Both the position numbers and the translations under genes were made by a program. A stretch of 64,000 nucleotides of DNA, from positions 41,664,001 through 41,728,000 of the forward strand of contig NC_087247.1 of NCBI RefSeq assembly GCF_037042905.1, read 5' to 3'. This DNA comes from Lytechinus pictus (taxonomy: Eukaryota). Positions 52,001 through 60,961 of the stretch are shown here, one piece after another (the stretch's first letter is position 1; the number at the start of each line of letters is the position of its first letter). The notes beneath the pieces were generated by a model. That model worked only from the letters and a program-made list of their open reading frames with translations, was not told where the DNA came from and made no database searches.

Positions 52001-54455
52001 TTGTAAACAGCGCACTCGTTTTCGAATGTCCACCTATACTACCGTTCGAAAGCTGCCTACAGTCTTTCAGGAGCAACTCAATGACATCCCTCCATTCTCT
52101 AAACAATGATAATAATGACAGAAACCATCGAGCGACTGTTAATTATTCGAACTTACTCTACCTGGTGCCAGAGTAGAACGTCAAGATGTTTGGTGTTTAA
52201 TGCCTTCAAAAGTTCAGAACTTTGATGGCTTCAGAACTATAATGGCACACTTATAACCAACCTTGACGATCAGGGGTGTACATATGTGACCCTGTGGGAT
52301 TCACATGGTTCAAATGGGGGATGACGCAATAGATCACCCCTACACCTTCGGAATTTAAACCAGTGTTGACGACTTAAACTCTGATTCAAGTTGCACCACT
52401 GCATCATCAGTTCATCACTATTACTCTAAAATGTGTTTAACCCGCCATCAAAATGTCTAATGAGGAACTTCATTCGAAGAGTATTACAGACATAGAGGGA
52501 ATATTTAGAACTCATCCACCACTTGATTGATATAATTACAGATAGTATTTCATTGTATTCATAAAGGATTCCTGGCCGAAGTATTTAATATACTGTTTTA
52601 CTATTTGAATTTTCTTGTACATTACAGAATGGCGTTTACAACCGTTGCATTCAACATGAGCGTCTTCAATTCAACCTTCAATGAAGACTCTTTAAAACTT
52701 GCCTTATTAACCCTCTCAAGAGAGGAACAAGATCTCATCATGAGCCCTTATAAAATATTTAATGAAACACCAGTAGTGGTTGAATTCAAGAATCCAGACA
52801 GGGTAAGTCAATGTAATAATAAGTACATAATTCAATCTTAACATTTTTCAGATTATATACATTACATAGCATTTTTGCTCTTAGAAGTTGAAAAGACTCA
52901 TTTGAACAACCAATAAATATTCTCCATTTATGATTTTTAAATAAAAAAAAAACCAACGCAAAACATGAGAAATACCTTACGATACTTCCAAGTAAATTTT
53001 GTGAGGTTTTTAGCTTGGATACTAGTACAACGTAACACAAATTCGTCACATTTGATATTTACTCCTGATCAAACCTGGGTCAAGAATATGGTTCCATTGT
53101 CATAATCGGCATTTTGATCCACGTTAACCATACGAAAAAGCATATACATGTAACTAAGCAGAGGTATCTCCATGTACATTTTCTTTTCAGACGTGGTCAG
53201 AACGGAACTGGTTTGTCATATTTCTTCTCTTTGTCTTACTAATATCAGCTGCAGTATTCGGCATCTGGTACTTGGATAAGTAAGAAATAGATTCTCTAAA
53301 AAAGTTTCTATCTACTTGTGTGTCTAATTGTTGTACTTGCACAGTACAGGAATAATAATTAACAGCTTGTCCAACCCTACCCCCTCTCTCTTTTTCTTCC
53401 TAAGCTCTGTCTATCCCTCTCTCAGCAATGAAGTTGAGGGATTGGCGAAGCATAGCGAGTGGAAAAGCATTTTCAAATTGTTATTTCAGTTTGGAAAATA
53501 TGATTTAAACAGATTAAAACTTAAAAAGCAAACACTGAAAATTTAATGAAATAAATGAAATTTGGTATTTTAAAGTTATGCACTATTTCTGTGAAACAAT
53601 TCAATGCATATCATCATGAATGTTCATTGATCGTGCTGACGATGCCCCCCCCCCCCCCCACACACACAAACTTTAAAGAAATTAATTGCATGAAATGGAA
53701 AGCAATCAACATCCTGCCCCATGCACATAAAACATTATCAATAATTAGGCCTATCGTACAGTTAGGCAATAGTTTTTGTAACTTATTTAGATACAAGGGA
53801 GAAACTAGTCAAACTAGAAACTGGTAAACCATAAATGACCAATGTAATATTTTTGTTTATACGGTCACATATGATGCAAAATCTTGAAAGGAACTTTTCC
53901 ATCCAAGTTCGATCAACTTTATAGTGTGTAGAGTTTTACATTTTGATTTATTTATTGGTATAAGTTCAGTCAGGATTTGATTTTAATTGACAGTAACTAC
54001 CAAACCCCCACACACCGATATTCAAACAGCTATTAAACTACGATCATGGGACTCTGCTCAAGCTTTAAAAAAGTAGGGTGTTCGTAATGTGTTTGCATTT
54101 TGATTGTGTGCCTTTAATACGAGTCTAAAACTACAGTACACCTTGAGGTAGACGTTGGATTCAAGGTAGTAAAAGAGTCATATCACAGGCTCACGGAATT
54201 TGCTGTCTGTACTTATACTCGGTTTGTTGTTTCTGTTGCTAAGGAGAAATGTTATGGGAATCTAATTTTTGTTCATATTGTAATTTAATGATGTTGCTTC
54301 AAAAGTGAATAGTACTTCTTAACCTCACGGTGTTCCGATTTCTCCCTCTGTTCCCTCTCTCCAGGCGATATCCGGCATGTGAAGGAGAAAGCAGAATGGG
54401 AAAATGGAAACGACTTTTAAACATCCCACAAGAGAAGGCTGCAGAAAAGAAATGA
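25029..54455 (+). CDS. Gene B: Delta/Serrate-like (MNNL/C2-DSL-multi-EGF) type-I membrane protein, non-canonical Notch-ligand-like, 1234 aa; exons 25029-25070, 41399-41562, 43734-43872, 45638-45795, 46299-46455, 47476-47572, 47968-50344, 50701-50750, 51093-51258, 52628-52802, 53191-53279, 54365-54455
   Basis: Twelve GT-AG-bounded exons join into one 3705-nt frame. Recognisable signal peptide, MNNL (CC..C..C..F.LC, CPYG, NP, W), six-Cys DSL, 21 full EGFs plus one truncated, TM helix and TGA at 54453-54455. Confidence 0.85.
27910..33272. mobile_element. Foldback non-autonomous DNA transposon, Academ-like
   Basis: TAT|TAGTCCGGGTTATAATTGAGC ... GCTCAATTATAACCCGGACTA|TAT. The outer ~700 bp of the arms are almost identical inverted copies; the inner arms are ~190-bp tandem units that switch orientation near 31110. 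TAG...CTA ends with a 3-bp TSD fit Academ. Confidence 0.85.
29413..30493. mobile_element. Non-autonomous hAT element nested in the foldback
   Basis: CAGGGTTGTT ... AACAACCCTG ends, subterminal GATTTAAATC palindromes and a perfect 8-bp TSD TTGCTCTA (29405-29412, 30494-30501). Confidence 0.9.
33747..33835. repeat. Small degenerate palindromic MITE relic
   Basis: TGCAGTCACA..GCGGCCGTAC ... GTACGGCCGC..TGTGCCTGCA inverted arms. Confidence 0.45.
34649..35603. mobile_element. Tc1/mariner-type MITE
   Basis: TA|CAGTGCGTA.AAAAAAAA.TTACACTT.GAAAA ... TTTTCAAAGTGTAAACTTTTTTTTGATACGCACTG|TA; inverted TTGAGTGAGCAC internal motifs. Confidence 0.85.
35725..35950. mobile_element. Short CAC-ended MITE at a TA site
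   Basis: TA|CACTCTTAAAAAGGTTGGGCAAAA ... TTTTGCCCAACATTTTAATGTG|TA. Confidence 0.6.
37727..37830 (+). promoter_or_regulatory. Candidate internal promoter (CCAAT plus TATA box) in gene B intron 1
   Basis: CCAAT at 37727 and TATAAATA at 37823-37830, followed ~170 bp later by donor CTG|gtacgt at 38001/38002. Motif-only evidence. Confidence 0.25.
39758..40026 (-). mobile_element. tRNA-derived SINE with (TTA)n tail
   Basis: Minus strand GGTGGCTCAGTGG (A box) ... GGTTCGATCCC (B box), then a body and an (ATT)n microsatellite at 39758-39803. Confidence 0.8.
41399..41562 (+). CDS. Gene B exon 2: N-terminal part of MNNL/C2 domain
   Basis: [54 protein letters not shown] resembles the Delta/Jagged N-terminus (L..F.N..G.L..G.CC...C...C...F.VC); donor AA|gtaagt. 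Confidence 0.85.
41737..42713 (+). mobile_element. Helentron/DINE-like non-autonomous element with five ~157-bp tandem repeats
   Basis: Starts ACAAG, with subterminal inverted repeat TGTCTCGCCCAC/GTGGGCCAGACA. Units start at 41864, 42017, 42174, 42311 and 42468, followed by a (GACG)n microsatellite, a 3' hairpin and an A-run. Confidence 0.8.
43734..43872 (+). CDS. Gene B exon 3: MNNL/C2 domain
   Basis: ttttcag|T GAC... gives [46 protein letters not shown] (C.YG...T, NP, W motifs); donor GAG|gtaagc. Confidence 0.88.
43961..44426 (+). repeat. 40-bp direct repeat (43961-44000, 44387-44426) flanking an insert that starts with a Penelope-type hammerhead-like motif
   Basis: GCTGTCTGCCTAGAAACGGCGTATTATA.AAT.TGGGCAT occurs twice with 2 mismatches. 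Confidence 0.8.
43995..44041 (+). ncRNA. Variant minimal type-I hammerhead-like motif
   Basis: CCGACGA-A, helix II GATTCT-gct-AGGATC, GAAA, palindromic AAGCTT, flanking GGGCAT/ATGCCC pairing; the core has C at the U4 position. Confidence 0.35.
45638..45795 (+). CDS. Gene B exon 4: C2 domain C-terminal strands
   Basis: Strong acceptor tttttcctttacag|; [33 protein letters not shown]...; donor GA|gtaaga. Confidence 0.85.
46299..46455 (+). CDS. Gene B exon 5: DSL domain
   Basis: [45 protein letters not shown] keeps the DSL six-Cys spacing plus the YG, GHY.C and GW.G..C motifs; acceptor ttttccag|, donor GTG|gtgagt. Confidence 0.92.
46991..47250. mobile_element. CACTG-ended MITE at a TA site
   Basis: TA|CACTGTTAGAAAA ... 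TTTTTTAACAGTG|TA. Confidence 0.8.
47476..47572 (+). CDS. Gene B exon 6: first EGF
   Basis: gacag|AAT GTA AAT GAA TGT... gives [32 protein letters not shown]; donor G|gtaagg. Confidence 0.92.
47968..50344 (+). CDS. Gene B exon 7: 2.4-kb EGF-array exon (19 full EGFs, truncated EGF, Pro/Thr linker, start of last EGF)
   Basis: Core of ORF 47886..50393; acceptor tattttcag|GA ACC CAC TGC, donor AG|gtacac. Confidence 0.95.
50701..50750 (+). CDS. Gene B exon 8: end of last EGF
   Basis: aaatag|A TGT ATT TGT... gives [16 protein letters not shown]; donor G|gtaagt. Confidence 0.88.
51093..51258 (+). CDS. Gene B exon 9: first half of SEA/ferredoxin-like module
   Basis: ttgcag|CT AAC... gives [56 protein letters not shown]; donor GG|gtatga. 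Confidence 0.82.
52628..52802 (+). CDS. Gene B exon 10: second half of juxtamembrane module
   Basis: attacag|A ATG GCG... gives [58 protein letters not shown]; donor AGG|gtaagt. Confidence 0.85.
53191..53279 (+). CDS. Gene B exon 11: transmembrane helix
   Basis: ttcttttcag|ACG TGG... gives [29 protein letters not shown]; donor AA|gtaaga. Confidence 0.9.
54365..54455 (+). CDS. Gene B terminal coding exon: short cytoplasmic tail
   Basis: Long pyrimidine tract ...ccctctctccag|G CGA TAT... gives [30 protein letters not shown] then TGA. Confidence 0.75.
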
Positions 54456-55476
54456 TCTTCAAGGGACTATTGAAAAAATAGTTTGATTTAATTAATGAAC
54501 ATTTTATGCTATCCTTCAGTTTTGAGCAGCACTTAATACGAAGTTGGCAAGAAAACTCACCCTTCATGCCCTTAGATTGCGCCTTTCAGGACATGAAATC
54601 CCAAGTGTCAAGCACACTCAGGGGGCGGATCAAGGATTTTGGAAATCGTGGATGGCAAATAATCGAATTTAAAGGGAGAGTTTCTAGTCCCCCCCCCCCC
54701 CAATTATTGTATTCGACTCCTAAAAAAATCTGATAAGTAAAACAAAAACACAGACAGGGAAAAATAATTCATTCCTCAATACAAATTATAGGGCCAAAGC
54801 CTATCACCTCCATGGGGGGGGGGGGGGGCAGTGTACACAACATTCTTCCCAATAAACATGCCCTTTCCCCTCCGGTCTTGTGCCTGTAGCTTAAACCTTA
54901 TGTTCTGAATAATGTTTGTTTCCTTACAGGAATATATGCTCTTGATTACTAGATTTTCTAGTTTGTTCCTCCCACGTGATCATAGGATATTACAGAATAA
55001 TCTAATGACTTAATTTCAATAACACTCAGAAATTGAAAAAAAAAACGTTTTATCTGAAGTGCAACTATTATGCTTTATAATGACTTTAAGCATTAGAAAG
55101 ATATGGAAAACGATGAACTTGGAGATGAATGGGGAAACAAAACATTTATTATTTTTTCACATTATACTCCTGCTTTAGATAATTTGAAGACTCCTAAATC
55201 AAAATTGTTTTATTACCCGATTCTTAATACATGGGGAAATTATACTGCATTGTTCATTTTTTGGGATTTTTTGTGAAGTTCTTGCTTGTACATAAATGCC
55301 GAGTGTGCATGTTTTTTGTATTCATACTTCAAAAGTAAGAGTTCTGAACAAACTGAAATGATTGTGGGTATTACCTGAGATAGATAAGATTGGTGTACGC
55401 AAATTGAATTCCTTGAACATGTTAAATCCAAGTATTGTATTTCATTTATTAAAATAACATTGTCAATTGAAACATC

Positions 55477-57827
55477 CATGGGTGTCGATCGGTATTCTTG
55501 GTTGGGGGGGATGATTGACACAAATGTTATTGTGGATGGGGATCTTTCAACATTACCCCCACTAAAATTGGTTGATATGCATGGTGTTCTTGCAGTGGCG
55601 TACCGTGAGTCACGGCATGGGGGGGGGGGGGTACCAGCAAAATTGTTAAGTCACTTAGTGAGCACGCGAAGCGCGCTCAGTTGCCAGGTATACTGACCTA
55701 ATAGGGACATTTTAAGGACAGTGCCATTAAACGGATATGTATCTCACTGCTCAAATAATGCGAGCGCGAAGCGCGAGCTGAAAATCTTTGATATGCAGAC
55801 CAAAAAAGGACATTATAAGCAAATTTTTGTAATCATTATACATACCTGTCTCGCTAAACAAACAATGCGAGCGCGAAGCGCGAGCTGAAATTTTTGTAAA
55901 TATTTACCCCAAACAAGGACATGTTAAGGACTATTATATTTTAGGAATCCATTAAGAGTATACATATCTCACCATAGTCATCTAATGCGAGTGCAAAGCG
56001 CTTGCTGATTTTGCTACATCTAAACACATGAAGCACTTTTTGTAGTCATTGTAATCATGATAATACGCATCTCACTCATCAAATATTGCGAGCGCGAAGC
56101 GCGAGCTGAAAATTTAGGATATTCAGACATGAAGAGAGGCATTCTAAGGCCTGTTTGTAAGAATTCACTAAGACCATACGATACGTATTTCACTAAACAA
56201 ATGATGCGATCGAACATTTTTGATATTCAGATCAGAAAAAGGGACATTTTAAGGACGGATTTTTAGGAATTCATGAAGAGCAGTCATATCTCACCAATCT
56301 GCTAGTGCGAACGTAAGCACGGACAGGAAATGTTTTATATTAACACCTTAAAATGGGGCAATCACTTTAAGAAGTCATGAAAAAGAACCATATGTCACTA
56401 CATAAAACAATAATAAGTCGAAGTGCGAGGAAATATATTTGGTGTATATTGACTTAAAAACGTTAAACAGACAATGCGAGTACCGGGAACAATGAAGAAA
56501 TCTAGGCCTGAGCAAAATAAAGTTATGAAAAAATGTTTCTTATGTATTATAACATAACATTATTATAATATAACATTATAATGAACAATAATTTCTTCAT
56601 TCCCACTACGTTTCTCTTTCTTTCTCCTCTTCCCCGTTTTTTTTTTGCCAGCCGATTGGGGGGCACGTGCCCCCATGCCCCTCCCCCCCGTAGTTACGCC
56701 ACTATGTTCTTGGAAATTCTTTCATTATTGCAGTGTACTGTACTTATTTTTTTTTTTTGAAAATTCAATTTGTGTTACAAGTAAGCCTATTCTAAACTCA
56801 TACGAAAGAAAAAATGACAAAAATTGTCTGGACCATGTACAAAGTGATCTGTTTATTGGACATGATGTATACAACTTCTCTCTTAAATCTAACCCGACTG
56901 GCGATATCTTTTTTCTTCTTAATGCATGATGATAAAATGCAGATTCGGACAAATTAAGACTAGCACAAATTACAAACTGTGTGGCTTCTCGTGCGCCATC
57001 GGGCTTACCGTCATTCCTTAGACGATTTTAACCCTGGATTTTAACATGTTTTAAATGCTTTATAAGTGCATAAAACAAAAACAAACATAAAAACAATCAA
57101 AACTCAACTGTCATGTTATGATATTTCTCCAACATTTTCTTGAATCATCAGTGTGTAATATCAGCTAACATATGTGTTAAAATGAAATTTACGTACCGCA
57201 TGAGTGTGCTCATATAGAATGCAAAACTGTCATCCCTTTCCAAACTCAAAAGAGATTTCTTTTTGCCAAAATAAGAAAGAGCCAATCAAGTTTAGATATT
57301 CAAGTCCATAATAATAACAAGAATAACATGAAAAAAATCCGATGTTCATATCCGAAAATACGCTTTAGAGAGAAATTAATGATTATTCTTTCTGAAACCA
57401 TTAATTGATTTCACTTTTTAAAAATTGTAAAAATATGATCATATTACCACTGGTGGGATGGAACACCCTATCAACAAAAGTTGTTTTTCGTCGGGGTCCT
57501 TTTATGTCATGTGTTAAAAAATATCATATACGTAAACATTTCATTCTTTTTCATCTTGAACCTCCACCCATCTGTTTAAAAGTCCCGGAAAAGAATGTTT
57601 TTATTTAATAATAATATACACAAATTGCGAGGGAAACAAACTGATTGATGGCATACTATAATCATCACTATAATCATCATGATCAAACCTTTACATTTTT
57701 TCATCATCATTATTATAAATTTTCTACCCTAAATTATTGGGGGGGGATGATAATACAGGTCATCCCCCCCACTTGAAATATTGGGGGGGATATATCCCCC
57801 CCATCCCCCCCGTGATCGACACCCATG
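55477..57827. mobile_element. Non-autonomous hAT element (outer)
   Basis: TIR CATGGGTGTCGATC / GATCGACACCCATG and a perfect 8-bp TSD GAAACATC. Confidence 0.9.
55593..56704. mobile_element. Nested non-autonomous hAT element with GCGAGCGCGAAGCGCGAGCTGAAA repeats
   Basis: CAGTGGCGTA ... TACGCCACTA ends and a perfect 8-bp TSD TGTTCTTG (55585-55592, 56705-56712). Confidence 0.9.
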
Positions 57828-58644
57828 GAAACATCGCTCCTAGGTTCCTGTGAAATGAATATAAGTTGAACATCACAGTAGTATGTTTCCTGATTAAATA
57901 AAATGAGTTTGAATTGGTTAGAATCAGTTTGATGCAATGAGCTAGAATTAAAATATTAATTGTTATACTTATATTTGTATTAAGGTAAACTTGCATGCTC
58001 ACAGTGAATATTGTAAATATCCTTTTTTTATAATTATCCTGGAGAACTTCTGGAACTTTCATATAATGTGCAATAATAAAAGTATCAAACTTAATATATT
58101 TTCTAATTACAAAAGGAATTACTAAGATATTTTGAGAAATATATTGATGTGTGTATATCTTACAGAAATAAATATGGAGATCCTTCGATATTTTATTATA
58201 AAGCTGCTAGATCAAACTTTTGTGCATTATTATCTCATCATATCGTCAACATCTTTTAGTTTCACATTGCTCATTTACATGACCCTTTTATATCTCCCCT
58301 TTGTATTTACTCTCTCCTCTCTCGTTTTCTCTGTCTCTTCAATATGATGGTGTTTATGCCATCTTTTTCTTCTTCATTTTCTAAAATAACATTTAGTTTT
58401 GACATGTATACTTATTTTGTCCAACTATCACACATAATTAGACATAATAATAGGCCTAAGAAGGAACTCTTGGGTATTTTGATGCAGGTGGGGAGGAGGG
58501 TTGAGATGAGCTAAAAATGACCCCCCCCCCCTTAATTGAATAGTACATGCAATAGACAAATCTTTTCCTTCCTTTTGTTCTGCTCTCACTGCTATCTTTT
58601 CTTCACTTTCTTTAAAAAAAATCATATAGGGGTGCGGTTCCTAC

Positions 58645-58890
58645 NNNNNNNNNNNNNNNNNNNNNNNNNNNNNNNNNNNNNNNNNNNNNNNNNNNNNNNN
58701 NNNNNNNNNNNNNNNNNNNNNNNNNNNNNNNNNNNNNNNNNNNNNNNNNNNNNNNNNNNNNNNNNNNNNNNNNNNNNNNNNNNNNNNNNNNNNNNNNNNN
58801 NNNNNNNNNNNNNNNNNNNNNNNNNNNNNNNNNNNNNNNNNNNNNNNNNNNNNNNNNNNNNNNNNNNNNNNNNNNNNNNNNNNNNNNNNN
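58645..58890. other. Assembly gap (246 N)
   Basis: Run of N. Confidence 0.99.
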
Positions 58891-59205
58891 GTAGTAGTAG
58901 TATTAGTAGTAGTAATATTAGAAGTAGTAGTAGTAGTAGAAAAAGTAGTAGTAGTAGTAGAAGTAGTAGTAATAGTAGTAGTAGTAGTGGTGGTAGTAGT
59001 AGCAGTAGTAGCAGTAATAGTATATGGTAGTAGTAGTAGTAGTAGTAGTAGTAGCAGTAGTAGTAGTAGGAATAGTATATAGTAATAGTATATAGTAGTA
59101 GTAGTAGTATTAGTAGTAGTTGTAGTAAGAGTATATAGTAATAGTATATAGTAGTAGTAGTAGTAGTAGTAGTAATAGTAGTAGTAGTAGTAGTATATAG
59201 TAGTA
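58891..59205. repeat. Imperfect (GTA)n microsatellite
   Basis: gtagtagtag tract abutting the gap. Confidence 0.97.
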
Positions 59206-60961
59206 ATCTCTTTCAAGGTCTAAATAGTTTTCAGCGCTCCACATGCCCTCTCTTTCTTGAGATCCCACATAAGTATACCCATCCAAAACTAGACACACAA
59301 AATTCCCAATGAAGAAATGAAGACAAAAAAAAGGGTCTAAATGAATTACATATCACATTTTATGAATGCAATATTCATAAGTTAATGTATATCCCATATT
59401 TTTCTATAAAATAGACGACATGTCATGAATATAAAATATTTCAAAACTTGTTTAGTTAAGAAATCATTGACAAATATACATATCTATGCTCTAATGTTTA
59501 TCTGACAGTTATTCATGAAATACATTCAATATTTTCAAAAGCAATATGATATTAAAACACTCATTCCAGTTTTGGTAAGCCCTCACAGTTTATTTCAGAT
59601 TATAGATTAGTGACTAGTAAGAAAAGGATAAAAGATGATTCTCCCATTCAAGATAAAAAGGCGAAAATATGCTGGACCTATAATAGTTTCTTTGCAAACA
59701 AGGACTGGAAGTGCATACTGGACAAGAATTCACACATAAAAGTAAAAATGTTTGTTTCCACTTTAACATTATGTTTATGAACAAGGGATTGGTAACCTAT
59801 TAAGCAGGGGTCAATTGCCCTGATAATGGTTAAAAGGGAATAATGGGTACTTGTTTAGAATACAATCTAATTCTCCATAAGACAAGAGTGGATTGTCAGA
59901 TGATTTCAATGGGCTTTTTCATATTATCTGGCAGACGATTTTACCATATATTTATTTAGTCATTTGTAGATCAATATTTATATTGCTACTAATACTTTAC
60001 ACAAATTTTCAGAAAATTTCAAAGGGAAAGACTAACAAATTGTTATTCATTACTTAAAGGCTGCTCAGCAAAGTGAGGGTCAAATATTTCTGATAGAACT
60101 GATATCACTGCTTTTGCACTTTACTATTAATTGGGAGCTTGTAAAGAGTTGTTTCCATCTCCTTCATTTTTTGGTAACATACATATTTTTATTTTAAAAT
60201 TTGAGGTAGTATTATATCATAATCAATATTTCAGGTTTATAATATGTTATACATACATGTATACATTTTCTTTACTTTATCTATGACTTATTTAGTATCA
60301 AACAACATTTATTTATCAATTTACTCATCTATTCATTCAACCTATTTGATGGGGGAAAATTTTTAACTCAATCACACAATGGACAATATAATAATTTCCT
60401 GCTGCACATAGGGGCAGAAGAAATTGATTTAAGTGACGGAAATCATTCAGTGACGTGATATACATAAAAATTCACCTCTTTGTAATAAATTGCTGTCTAG
60501 AATAAAAAAGAAAATTGTCTCTCATAACATTGCACAAGAGTACTGGTTCAGACTAGAGTACAAGATTATGTTTTACAATTGACTTTGAATGGTTAAATAT
60601 AAAATCTCACATGAAAGAGCTATTATTGAAAAGCTAGAAGAACAAGGTTTTGAAGCATCAATTTCCATCAGAACATATTGTTGACTTGAATGCCACAGTC
60701 AAGAAGTCTTCCAATCATTACATCATTTACCTAATGTTATGGAAAGAAAAAAAATTAAAAAAAATAAATTAAAAAAGAAAAGATATTGAGAGAAATAAAT
60801 GGTTGAAGAGAAATTGATTAGTCGGAGATGACTGATAGAGAGTTTAGAGACATAACCTTACAAAAATCAAATAGAGTATCAGATAGAAATAATCACACCC
60901 AGCAAAATATCTATACTTGAATCACAAAATACTTTTTTATTGTAAATTAGGCATACAATAT

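Noticed and set aside
25029-54455. Assigning the symbol Delta or Serrate/Jagged to gene B
   Set aside because: EGF number, lack of vWC and DOS repeats, altered DSL loop and short tail match neither; orthology cannot be tested here.
58536-59298. Ser-, Thr- and Tyr-rich ORFs
   Set aside because: Artefacts of the N gap and the (GTA)n microsatellite.
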